Shown: in pieces, positions 10,140 through 19,189 of the stretch | How positions within the stretch are numbered: position 1 is the first letter of the stretch | How the letters are laid out: each line of letters opens with the position of its first letter | Source: an uncultured Nitrospiraceae bacterium | Lineage (GTDB): Bacteria; Nitrospirota; Nitrospiria; Nitrospirales; Nitrospiraceae | Assembly: GCA_963730935.1 (NCBI GenBank) | Contig: CAVSTP010000002.1 | Span: 960,001 to 1,024,000 of the forward strand | Direction: 5' to 3' | Length of the DNA stretch: 64,000 bases | Translations under genes and position numbers: made by a program | The notes under the pieces: generated by a model | Databases searched by the model: none | Told to the model about the DNA's origin: nothing | What the model saw: the letters and a program-made list of their open reading frames with translations, nothing else

Positions 10140-11408
10140 GTGGAGGTCGCACACATGATGCGGGGGAAGCGATCAGCGTTGACCTTGCTGCTTGTAATGG
10201 CGGTCATGGGAGGACCGGTGAGCTGTAAGCGGGCCCTGCCGCCGAGCACCTTCGCTAACGAATCGCTGAAGGGTCAGCAATTGGCGCAAACCAAGCATCG
10301 GCTGTTGAAACAGGGGGCGGTGGGAAACAGCACCGGTTTTACTGCTTTCTGGATTCCCATGAGCAGGCCTACCGAGAGTGAGGCAAGGCAAGACATGGTG
10401 AACCGTCTTAAACATGACGGGATTAACTTGAAAGGGCTTGCCATCAGCTATGCAAATGTGACGAGGGAGCGAGGCGGGTTCAGCTTGCTGGGTTTGATCG
10501 CGACACCGAGAATCACCCTAACAGCCGACATCATCGAAGTCCTTCAAGAACCGCGGATCGCGGGATGGCCAACCGAACTACCATACGTGGTTGGTTCAGT
10601 GGATGTGGACGATGTGCCTCAGGTGGGGGCTATCCCAAACAAGAACCGGTATGCCGTGGTGATAGGGATTGAGCACTACAGGAGGGAGTTGCCGAATGTC
10701 AATTTTGCTTCCCATGATGCCAAGGTCATGACGGAGTATCTGACCAAGCGATTAGGGTTCGCTGAAGAGAACGTGGTCTCGTTGGTTAACGAGCATGCAG
10801 CAAAGAGCGACGTGGAAAAGTATCTCGAATATTGGCTTCCAGAACATGTGGACCACGACAGCACCGTCTTGATCTATTATTCCGGCCACGGAGCGGCAAA
10901 CTTCAAGACGAACGAGGGATACCTTCTTCCCTTTGACGGCGATCCCACCTATCTCGATGGCACAGGCTATCCACTCAAACGTCTCTACGAGAGTTTAGAG
11001 AAGTCACCGGCCAGGGAAGTCGTGGTCATGCTGGATTCCTGTTTCTCGGGGACAGGGGGCCGGTCGGTCACGAGCAAAGGCCTGCGGCCCGTGATCGTCT
11101 CTGTGGAAAACCCAATTCTGGCTGGCGGGAAGACAGTGGTGTTAACCGCGAGTTCAGGTGTTCAAGCCTCAAGTACCTATAATTCTAAGAGCCATGGGCT
11201 GTTGACATATTTTTTGCTAAAGGGGCTTCAGGGCAGCGCCGATCAAAACAACGATGGAAAGATTGATTTGAACGAAGTGTACACCTACTTGAAGCCGCAT
11301 GTTGAATCCGTCGCACGGCAAGAATTCAACAACGAGCAGACTCCCCAATTGCTCGGTAGCGAGGCTATGCTCAACAGGCCGATTATGCTCATTGGATCGA
11401 CGCCATGA
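10140..11408 (+). CDS. Caspase family (peptidase C14, metacaspase-like) protein with lipoprotein signal
   Basis: YAVVIGIEHY, YYSGHG (His), LDSCFSG (Cys), HGLLTYFLLKGL, QTPQ; PVSC lipobox; start may be a downstream ATG. Confidence 0.9.
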   Translation: MEVAHMMRGKRSALTLLLVMAVMGGPVSCKRALPPSTFANESLKGQQLAQTKHRLLKQGAVGNSTGFTAFWIPMSRPTESEARQDMVNRLKHDGINLKGLAISYANVTRERGGFSLLGLIATPRITLTADIIEVLQEPRIAGWPTELPYVVGSVDVDDVPQVGAIPNKNRYAVVIGIEHYRRELPNVNFASHDAKVMTEYLTKRLGFAEENVVSLVNEHAAKSDVEKYLEYWLPEHVDHDSTVLIYYSGHGAANFKTNEGYLLPFDGDPTYLDGTGYPLKRLYESLEKSPAREVVVMLDSCFSGTGGRSVTSKGLRPVIVSVENPILAGGKTVVLTASSGVQASSTYNSKSHGLLTYFLLKGLQGSADQNNDGKIDLNEVYTYLKPHVESVARQEFNNEQTPQLLGSEAMLNRPIMLIGSTP

Positions 11409-11641
11409 GAGCAGAGCCTCTGCTTCCTACCATAGAGAAACCTGACTTCGCTCTTACTTACCGGGGGGAGAAACTTCAGCGAAGTCAGAGTGGTCACACA
11501 ATGCCTAACCACCTTTGTGTTGCCGATCTGAAGATTTTTTCTGAGACAACCTAGGGGGATTTCCAGTATACTTCGCCTAGGTACCGCCTACTAATCACAT
11601 AGGCACGGCGGTACAGACAACTCTTTCACGGAGGAGGACTT

Positions 11642-12163
11642 ATGATGAAGAGAGTGCTCGTTGTTGCGGTAGCAGTGCTGTTCGCGTTGCAGGTGGGCTT
11701 CGCTCTTGCGGCACCCACTGGTAATCCGGACACGGGACCTGGCTGTGGCCTCGGGAAGCTGGCGTGGCAGAACTATCCTCACCAAAAGACCATTGGCGTC
11801 CAAGTGCTTGAGGCGACCACCAACGGGACCTTCGGCAGTGGGACCTTCGGCATCAGCAGCGGAACCTCCGGCTGCACCAACGACGGCCAAGTCTGGGCGT
11901 CTGAGAAGGCGAACGTCTTTGCCGCCATCAACTTTGACAATCTCGCGCAGGATATGGCACAGGGTCACGGCGAGCATCTCACTTCTCTCGCAACCCTCAT
12001 GGGCATTCCGGCCGATCAGCAACCGGCGTTCTTTGCGATGACGCAGGAGCGGTATGCGTCCTTCGTGAAGGCGGGTGAATCTTCCCCGGGAGCGATGATC
12101 AAGGCGTTGAATGACGCAGTGGCGACGCATCCGACGCTGGCCAAAGTGTCTTTGAACAAGTAA
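11642..12163 (+). CDS. DUF3015 family secreted protein
   Basis: Signal peptide; GCGLG, ATTNGT, FGISSGTSGC, DMAQGHGEHL motifs; GGAGGAGG RBS. Confidence 0.85.
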   Translation: MMKRVLVVAVAVLFALQVGFALAAPTGNPDTGPGCGLGKLAWQNYPHQKTIGVQVLEATTNGTFGSGTFGISSGTSGCTNDGQVWASEKANVFAAINFDNLAQDMAQGHGEHLTSLATLMGIPADQQPAFFAMTQERYASFVKAGESSPGAMIKALNDAVATHPTLAKVSLNK

Positions 12164-12173
12164 GTTCTGTCCT

Positions 12174-14126
12174 ATGGGGTTCCGGTCTCATAGGCTGGAA
12201 CCCCGCGCTGTGTCCCGCATCCTCCTGTCCTGTTGTCTCGCCGCTCTTCTCCCCGTTATCGCGACGGTAACGTCGATCGCGGCCCCGAGCGAGGACCCCT
12301 ATCTGAAACAACTCATTGAAGAAGCGACAGTCGCTCGGCTTGCCGACCAACGCGAATGGCATGTGCTCCTTCATTACCAGCCCAATCTATTCGGCCGGGG
12401 CTTCACGAGCATGCAGGACGATCCCGGCTTCTTTATGGCTCCCACCGGCAAGACGGATCCCCAGGCCGAGCTGGCAGCGACGCTCGCCCAGTTTTTCTCC
12501 GACGAATTGGTCGGTCGTTCGAAGCAACCGGCACAATGTGCCTTCGTCGCCCGTTATCACTGGCTCAAGGAAAAGCTGCATTTCGACGATAGCCGCTTGC
12601 CGCCTCAGCCATGTGAGCGCTTTACCCGATGGTTCAATGAGTTCAACGCCCAATCGATCAGCGTCATCTTTCCCACCGGGTTCATGAACAATCCTGCATC
12701 GATGTTCGGGCATACCTTTTTGCGCATCGATGCCAAGGGGCAGACCCCGCAGACCCGTATTTTGGATTACACCATCAACTATGCGGCCGAGGTTCCGCCG
12801 CATGCGGGGCCAGAATATGCGATCAAAGGCATCTTCGGCGGCTATCCCGGGCACTTCTCGACGATTCCCTACTACCTCAAGGTCCAGGAGTATCGCGATA
12901 TCGAAAATAGGGACATTTGGGAGTATCGGCTGGATCTCACGCAAGAGCAGGTCCGGCGTCTCCTGATGCATACCTGGGAAATGGGAAATGCGTATTTCGA
13001 TTATTTCTTTTTTGACGAGAATTGCTCGTTCCACATTCTCTCACTCATAGAAGCGGCTGAGCCGTCGATCCACCTGACTGACCACTTCCCGTTCTATGCG
13101 ATTCCCGTCGATACGCTGAGGCTCTTGGCCGACTCGGGACTGGTCGCGGAAGTCGTCTCACGGCCTTCCAGGAGCACGTTGGTCAGAAGAAAGCGGGACG
13201 CAATGAAGGAGGAGGAACGTGGGTGGCTGAACCGGCTCATCGCGGACCCCGACGCGCTCAAATCCGAGCGCTTTCGCAGCCTCAGCCCTGAGCGGCAAGC
13301 GTTTGTGTTGGAAACCGCGTCCGACTATCTCTTGATGCGTGGCAGCGGAGCTCCAGAGGAGGGCGCACCATTTCGCGAAAAGAACAAGTCGATCCTGGCC
13401 GCGCGCAGCCGTTTGAAGGTAGTGCCAACCGACCTACCGATTGAGCCCTATGTCAAACGCCCTGATCTTGGCCACGGGACGAGTCGCATCGGAATCGGTG
13501 CCGGCTGGAGAAACGACCGGGCCTTCGAAGAAATCAATCTGCGCGCCGCCTATCATGACTTGCTCGACCCCGAACCCGGATATACACCCGACGCGCAGAT
13601 CGAGGTGATGTCATTTGCGGTGCGGCACTACCACAACCAGTCTCAAGCGCGCCTTGAACGGTTCACCCCCCTGAATATGGTTTCCCTTGCACCAATGGAC
13701 TCGCTATTTCAAGCTCCTTCCTGGAAGCTTGGCCTCGGCATGAATACGATTGTCCAGGGGGGCTGCCAGCTCTGTACCAATGGCTACTTGAACGGCGGCA
13801 TGGGCGGGGCCGTTGAATCGCGCATACTTGGGCGCCAAGTGTGGTATGCGATGGCTGAAGTGGAAGCCGATGCCAGTAAGGCCTACGAGGAAAACTATCG
13901 GATCGGCGGGGGTGGAACGGTTGGCCTCGTGGCCGACATTACCGATCGATGGAAACTTCTCGCCACGGGAACCTATCTACGGTTCCCCTTGGGCGATAAA
14001 TCCGAAGATATCCGTTGGTCGATCGGGCAGCGATATTCTCTGATGAGGAATCTTGCCTTCCGGGTGGAGTACAACCACCGGAGTCATGACAACGATGTGT
14101 TGGCCACCCTCCAGATGTACTTCTAG
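12174..14126 (+). CDS. DUF4105 (Lnb-like N-terminal domain) protein with C-terminal beta-barrel-like region
   Basis: SMFGHTFLRID, ENRDIWEY, YFFFDENCS motifs; amphipathic beta strands ending in terminal Phe. Confidence 0.85.
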   Translation: MGFRSHRLEPRAVSRILLSCCLAALLPVIATVTSIAAPSEDPYLKQLIEEATVARLADQREWHVLLHYQPNLFGRGFTSMQDDPGFFMAPTGKTDPQAELAATLAQFFSDELVGRSKQPAQCAFVARYHWLKEKLHFDDSRLPPQPCERFTRWFNEFNAQSISVIFPTGFMNNPASMFGHTFLRIDAKGQTPQTRILDYTINYAAEVPPHAGPEYAIKGIFGGYPGHFSTIPYYLKVQEYRDIENRDIWEYRLDLTQEQVRRLLMHTWEMGNAYFDYFFFDENCSFHILSLIEAAEPSIHLTDHFPFYAIPVDTLRLLADSGLVAEVVSRPSRSTLVRRKRDAMKEEERGWLNRLIADPDALKSERFRSLSPERQAFVLETASDYLLMRGSGAPEEGAPFREKNKSILAARSRLKVVPTDLPIEPYVKRPDLGHGTSRIGIGAGWRNDRAFEEINLRAAYHDLLDPEPGYTPDAQIEVMSFAVRHYHNQSQARLERFTPLNMVSLAPMDSLFQAPSWKLGLGMNTIVQGGCQLCTNGYLNGGMGGAVESRILGRQVWYAMAEVEADASKAYEENYRIGGGGTVGLVADITDRWKLLATGTYLRFPLGDKSEDIRWSIGQRYSLMRNLAFRVEYNHRSHDNDVLATLQMYF

Positions 14127-14808
14127 TCACAGAACCCTGCTCCAGTGTGTCCTGTGCTGTGTCATGTGCCTCTTCGCCCAAACGGCGGACGGTCAGGATG
14201 CGGTACCCGGAATTCATGCATCGGATCACGGACCGGAGATCTACGGGGCCATCTTCGTCCTTGGCTCGCTTGCGAAAAACCGCAATCTCAATGTCGGCGG
14301 CGAAGAACTGCCGTCCACCACGGTCCGGAACGGCGCGGGCGGCGGGTTCAGAGCCGGTGTCTTCCCTGCGTTCACAGGCTATATTGTGGGAATTCAGGCA
14401 GAGTCGTTTGGATTGGGCCATGAGGTGAGCGCGCCTGCATCGATGGGATCGTCAGGCATCCAGTCCGGGCGCGGGACGTTGTTGGCATGGACGACCATGG
14501 TGAGCCTCCTGGTTCAGTACCCTGGCAAGGTTCTCAAGCCGTACATCGGTATTGGCGCCGGCTGGTCGTCATCATTCTTGGTCGACGCAACTCTCACGAA
14601 GGGGGCGATGACGCAGACCGGGACGCTGCAGGATACTAGCCTTGCCCTTCAATATGTTGCCGGGCTTCGCACCTATGTCACGGAGAGCCTCTTCGTGTTT
14701 GGTGAGTACAAGTACTTTGCGAGCCGCTACCAATGGGGCGGAAGTCTTGAACCGACGCTTGATCTTCGGACGCACATTGTGGCCATCGGAGTCGGCCTCT
14801 CGTTCTAA
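14095..14808 (+). CDS. Small outer-membrane beta-barrel protein (start uncertain)
   Basis: KPYIGIGAG, LQYVAGLR, VFGEYKY strands; C-terminal GVGLSF. Confidence 0.8.
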   Translation: MCWPPSRCTSSHRTLLQCVLCCVMCLFAQTADGQDAVPGIHASDHGPEIYGAIFVLGSLAKNRNLNVGGEELPSTTVRNGAGGGFRAGVFPAFTGYIVGIQAESFGLGHEVSAPASMGSSGIQSGRGTLLAWTTMVSLLVQYPGKVLKPYIGIGAGWSSSFLVDATLTKGAMTQTGTLQDTSLALQYVAGLRTYVTESLFVFGEYKYFASRYQWGGSLEPTLDLRTHIVAIGVGLSF

Positions 14809-14884
14809 TGAGGGGAACGACAGGCCTCTTGCCCGCCCGAGAGAGTCCTGCTACAAGTGGTCTTCAACGCTCCGGAATCCTTTC

Positions 14885-15697
14885 ATGAACCCGAAACCTC
14901 ATCCCCGCGACGAGCGTTCAACGAGACAACTTCCCTTCGTCCCGCTGGCTCCTCATCCTCCACTCCACCGGTACTATGGCGGCGACGGCGCGGCCCGGCA
15001 GGGCTTTCTCAATGACCTCTTCAACCGAACGGCGTATCAGTATCGAAATATCGACAAGGCGACCGGTCTTGGCTTCGGCATCTGGTATCGCCGACGAGCG
15101 CTGCAACAAGCCGGACTCACTTCTGGGATGCATGTGCTGGATGTCGCATGCGGCCCGGCTTTGGTGGCGCAATGCGCCCATGACATCGTCGGTCCCACAG
15201 GGTCAGTGGTCGGCCTTGATCCCAGCCTCGGCATGCTGCGGGAGGCGCGGAAAGGCCCTTGTGGGAAGTTGGTCATCGGCGTAGGAGAACGGCTGCCCTT
15301 CCCGGATGCGAGTTTCGATTTCTTGAGCATGGGCTATGCACTACGCCACGTCTCTGACTTGCGAGCGGCATTCGCAGAGTACTGCCGTGTGCTCAAGCCT
15401 GGGGGTGTCGTGCTCCTTCTGGAAATCTGCCGTCCCCACTCACCGTTGTTGCTGTCCCTTTCACGGTTTTACATTAAGACGGTGCTGGGCATCGCCTTTT
15501 CGGCATCTACGGGAAACCGTGACATGAAGACGCTGATGGAGTATTGGTGGGATACGACCGAGACCTGCGTCCAGCCGGAAACGATAGTGGGTGCCTTGAA
15601 GGATGCCGGATTCTCGGATTGCTGGCAGCAGGAATGGTTCAACGGCCTTTTGCGTGACTACCGCGCGGTCCGTACTCAAGGGAATGTCCACGGCTAG
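14885..15697 (+). CDS. Class I SAM-dependent methyltransferase (UbiE-like)
   Basis: VLDVACG, GLDPSLGML, LPFPDASFD, RVLKPGG motifs. Confidence 0.9.
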   Translation: MNPKPHPRDERSTRQLPFVPLAPHPPLHRYYGGDGAARQGFLNDLFNRTAYQYRNIDKATGLGFGIWYRRRALQQAGLTSGMHVLDVACGPALVAQCAHDIVGPTGSVVGLDPSLGMLREARKGPCGKLVIGVGERLPFPDASFDFLSMGYALRHVSDLRAAFAEYCRVLKPGGVVLLLEICRPHSPLLLSLSRFYIKTVLGIAFSASTGNRDMKTLMEYWWDTTETCVQPETIVGALKDAGFSDCWQQEWFNGLLRDYRAVRTQGNVHG

Positions 15698-15728
15698 CGA
15701 GGTAACCTTTTGCGCCTCATAGGAGACT

Positions 15729-15992
15729 ATGTCCTCTCTTGCTCTCGAACAGGAAGTCGCCACGCTGATTGTACAGACGCTCAAGCTCAAGGCGGATCCG
15801 TCCACCATCCAACCTGAGGCCGCCCTGTTCGGCGACGGGCTCGGCCTCGATTCTATCGATGCACTGGAGTTGTCGTTGGCCATCGCTCAAACGTACGGCT
15901 ATCAAGTCAAGTCCAGCGACCCGGAGATCAAGGCGATGTTTTCCTCTCTCAGGGCGCTCACCCGGGCCATCGAAAAAAATCGCACCAAGTGA
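15729..15992 (+). CDS. Acyl carrier protein
   Basis: LFGDGLGLDSIDALE phosphopantetheine motif; AGGAG RBS. Confidence 0.95.
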   Translation: MSSLALEQEVATLIVQTLKLKADPSTIQPEAALFGDGLGLDSIDALELSLAIAQTYGYQVKSSDPEIKAMFSSLRALTRAIEKNRTK

Positions 15993-16005
15993 ACGCTGTG
16001 GCGTC

Positions 16006-17343
16006 ATGTCAAATGCTCCGTTGATCGACCTCTATGGTCCGGACGATGCGCTGGCCTGGGAAGCCGATGGCCCCCGATCCGCAGGCGAGTTTCTTTCCGA
16101 CGTGGCCGAGCTTGCCGATTCCCTGCCAGACTCCCGCTCGGTGCTCAATCTCCTCTCCAGCCGCTACGAGTTTCTCGTCGGCTTTGCCGCGGCCATGGTG
16201 CGTGACCAAGTGACGCTTCTCCCGCAAAGCCGGGCAGCACAGACGCTGCGGCGGATTGCCGGTGAACATGGAGAGTGCTACGGCTTGACGGATCGCGGGG
16301 ACCCGGTGGAAGGACTTCCTTGTGTGACGCTCCCATTCAGGCGAGGCCGCTTCGACCGATCGATGAGGGTTCCCCAGATTCCGCTTCACCAGCAGGTCGC
16401 TGTGGCGTTTACCTCGGGCAGTACGGGACAACCCACGCCGAACCGGAAAACCTGGGGGGCCTTGGTATCCGTCGCTCGGGACACGGCCTCACGTTTCGAA
16501 CTCAAAGCCGGTCGTGGTCGGGCAGTCGTCGCGACGGTCCCACACCAGCACATGTTCGGTCTGGAAGCTTCCGTGATACTGCCCATCCAGCACGGTCTGG
16601 CCATGCATGCGGGCCGTCCGCTCTTTCCTGAGGATGTGCGCACGGCGCTTCAGGAGGTGGCAGGACGGCCGGTATTGATCACCACACCATTGCACTTGCG
16701 CGCCTGCGTCATGGCGGGCGTGAAGCTGCCGCCCATCGAGATGATTCTTTCGGCGACTTCTCCGTTGGCAAGGGAGCTTGCGCGGGAAGCCGAGGAACGG
16801 TTCCGTGCGCCCGTGAACGAAATATTCGGCTTTGCCGAAGCTGGGAGCGTGGCGTCACGGCGGACGGTGAATGTGGATGAGTGGCAGATGTTGAACGGCG
16901 TCACGTTGACGGGGGCGGAGCCGGACTGGTCCGTGCAAGCCGAGTACCTTTCGCGTCCTATCCGGTTCCCGGACCGCATCGCCGTCACCGGGCAAGGAAG
17001 GTTTCGCGTACTGGGCCGGATGGAAGACCAGGTGAACATCGCCGGCCATCGTGCCTCACTTGGAGATCTCACCCGAAAGTTGCTGGAGGTCGACGGCGTG
17101 CAAGATGGAGCCTTTTATCTCCCCGATACCGGGCATGCCCCGTTGACGCGTCTCACCGCGGTGGTCGTCGCTCCCGGAAAAACCCATGAGGACATCCAGC
17201 GCGCGTTACGGTTGTCGATCGACGCCGTATTTCTCCCTCGGCCGCTTCTCCTGGTGCCAAGGCTTCCTCGCAACGAGACAGGCAAATTGCCGCGGGAAGC
17301 GTTGCGGCGGCTGGTCGAGCAGGAGTCCGCCCATGAGCTTTGA
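16006..17343 (+). CDS. AMP-binding aryl/acyl-ACP ligase (XanA2/ApeH-like)
   Basis: FTSGSTGQP, VPHQHMFGLE, LPRNETGKL motifs. Confidence 0.9.
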   Translation: MSNAPLIDLYGPDDALAWEADGPRSAGEFLSDVAELADSLPDSRSVLNLLSSRYEFLVGFAAAMVRDQVTLLPQSRAAQTLRRIAGEHGECYGLTDRGDPVEGLPCVTLPFRRGRFDRSMRVPQIPLHQQVAVAFTSGSTGQPTPNRKTWGALVSVARDTASRFELKAGRGRAVVATVPHQHMFGLEASVILPIQHGLAMHAGRPLFPEDVRTALQEVAGRPVLITTPLHLRACVMAGVKLPPIEMILSATSPLARELAREAEERFRAPVNEIFGFAEAGSVASRRTVNVDEWQMLNGVTLTGAEPDWSVQAEYLSRPIRFPDRIAVTGQGRFRVLGRMEDQVNIAGHRASLGDLTRKLLEVDGVQDGAFYLPDTGHAPLTRLTAVVVAPGKTHEDIQRALRLSIDAVFLPRPLLLVPRLPRNETGKLPREALRRLVEQESAHEL

Positions 17344-17638
17344 ACGGACGTTGACGATCACGAAGGATCACCCCGCACTGCCCGGACATTTTCCCGGTTT
17401 TCCGGTCGTTCCCGGCGTCTTAGTCCTCGATGAAGTGATCGAAACATTGAAACAGCGGTTCGGGGACGCGCTGGTCGTGACGGGATTGCCTGCCGTAAAA
17501 CTGTCTTCTCCGTTGAAACCGGAAGAACCGCTAATGATTGCGATTGAATCGGAGGATGCGCGGACGGCCGTCTTTACCTGCCGCGTCGGCAGTCGCCTCA
17601 TTGCGTCCGGCTCTATCCGGTTCCGGTTGCCCGGTTGA
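17333..17638 (+). CDS. Hotdog-fold 3-hydroxyacyl-ACP dehydratase (ApeI-like)
   Basis: HPALPGHFPGFPVVPGV motif; overlaps the ligase stop. Confidence 0.9.
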   Translation: MSFERTLTITKDHPALPGHFPGFPVVPGVLVLDEVIETLKQRFGDALVVTGLPAVKLSSPLKPEEPLMIAIESEDARTAVFTCRVGSRLIASGSIRFRLPG

Positions 17639-18543
17639 TCCACTTGATGACTGTTGCCTGGAAGGCCCAACAGGAACTCGGCAACCGTCGGATGATCCGG
17701 CTGATGGCCTGGGTCGCTCTCTCATGGGGGAGACCGGTGGCCCGCGCTCTGCTCTTCCCGATTTGCCTCTACTACCTCTGCCGGTCAATAGCGGCGCAGC
17801 GGACACTCCGCACGTATTATGTGCGGGCATTGGGTCGATCGCCCGACTGGAAGGAACTGTTCCATCACTACCACTACTTTGCGTCGACCATTCTCGACCG
17901 CCTGTATTTCCTCCGCGGACACTTCGATCAGTTCGCCATCACCATCAAGGGGGCGGATACCCTCAGCCGGGCCTTGGCGGGTGGGCGCGGATGTCTCCTG
18001 CTTGGCTCGCATCTCGGCAGTTTCGAGGTGGTCCGGGCGGTGGGATTGGCCCGCGAGGAGATTGACATCAAAGTCCTGATGGACGAGGCGAATGCGCCGT
18101 TGATGCGGGCGTTCTTTCGCGAGATCAACCCTGCAGTGGCCGACAACGTGCTTCAAGTCGGAAGACTCGATACGATGCTGCGCGTGCAAGAGTGCCTGGA
18201 CGGCGGCGGCATCGTCGGCATCATGGGGGACCGAGTGATCTCCCAGGGCCAAGCCATCTACTGCGATTTCCTCGGTGCAACCGCGCCGTTCCCGACCGGC
18301 ACGATGAGGTTGGCGCATGCCGTCCGTGCCCCTGTCGTCATGTTCTTCGGCCTGTACCGCGGAGGAAACCGCTACGACGTACATTTGGAACTCCTCAGCG
18401 ATCGGATTCAGCTGTCACAGGATCGACGTGAAGACGATATTCGCCGGTGGACCCAGCGCTATGCCGATCGACTCGCGCATTACAGTTGCCAGGCGGCGGA
18501 CAACTGGTTCAACTTCTATGACTTCTGGCACGTCGCTCACTAA
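17635..18543 (+). CDS. LpxL/LpxP-family acyltransferase
   Basis: SHLGSFE, MGDR, FLG..APFP, WFNFYDFW motifs. Confidence 0.9.
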   Translation: MIHLMTVAWKAQQELGNRRMIRLMAWVALSWGRPVARALLFPICLYYLCRSIAAQRTLRTYYVRALGRSPDWKELFHHYHYFASTILDRLYFLRGHFDQFAITIKGADTLSRALAGGRGCLLLGSHLGSFEVVRAVGLAREEIDIKVLMDEANAPLMRAFFREINPAVADNVLQVGRLDTMLRVQECLDGGGIVGIMGDRVISQGQAIYCDFLGATAPFPTGTMRLAHAVRAPVVMFFGLYRGGNRYDVHLELLSDRIQLSQDRREDDIRRWTQRYADRLAHYSCQAADNWFNFYDFWHVAH

Positions 18544-19189
18544 CCACGGCTTTTCGCATGCCAGCGACGGCATTGCCACCGAGCGTTGCCTCTGGCCCCC
18601 TCTGCATTGGAGCATCCTGTTCATCACGCACGTCCTGCTGTGCTGGGACCTGAGCCAGGCGGCAACCGGCTCCGACTGGACGGTTGAGGCGCTTATGGGG
18701 TTACTGAAAGCGCAGCGCGAGAACTCGGTACCGTTCCAGGAGGCCACCTACTCCTCTCTCCTGACCGAACCCCTTATCGCCCGCGGCGTACTGAAGTTTG
18801 TTCCCCCCCAGAGGCTTGAGAAGATCATCACCGCTCCCTCACATGAACGATATGTCGTCGAGGGAGATCGCGTGACCTTCGAGAGCGAACGAAAAGGTGT
18901 AAAACGCACAATCTCACTCGAAGAGTATCCCGTGCTTCGCAGTTTTGTCGAAGCATTCCGGTCGAGTCTGAACGGTGATGTGGTGCAGTTGCGCCATGTG
19001 TACGAAGTGACGCTTGATGGGAGTCGAGCCAAGTGGACGCTCCTGTTGCGCCCGCGCGAGCCCTCAGGGAGCTCGGTCGTGGATTACATCCTCCTGACAG
19101 GGTCAGAAGGCCGGGTCGCGACGATCGCGATTCGCTCTCCGGATGGCGATCGATCCGTAATGACCATTCTGCCGGGAGCCGGTCGATGA
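18518..19189 (+). CDS. LolA-like periplasmic carrier protein (start uncertain)
   Basis: FQE..SSLLTEPLIARGVLKF.PP.RLEK pattern and WTLLLRP; position typical of aryl-polyene clusters. Confidence 0.75.
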   Translation: MTSGTSLTNHGFSHASDGIATERCLWPPLHWSILFITHVLLCWDLSQAATGSDWTVEALMGLLKAQRENSVPFQEATYSSLLTEPLIARGVLKFVPPQRLEKIITAPSHERYVVEGDRVTFESERKGVKRTISLEEYPVLRSFVEAFRSSLNGDVVQLRHVYEVTLDGSRAKWTLLLRPREPSGSSVVDYILLTGSEGRVATIAIRSPDGDRSVMTILPGAGR

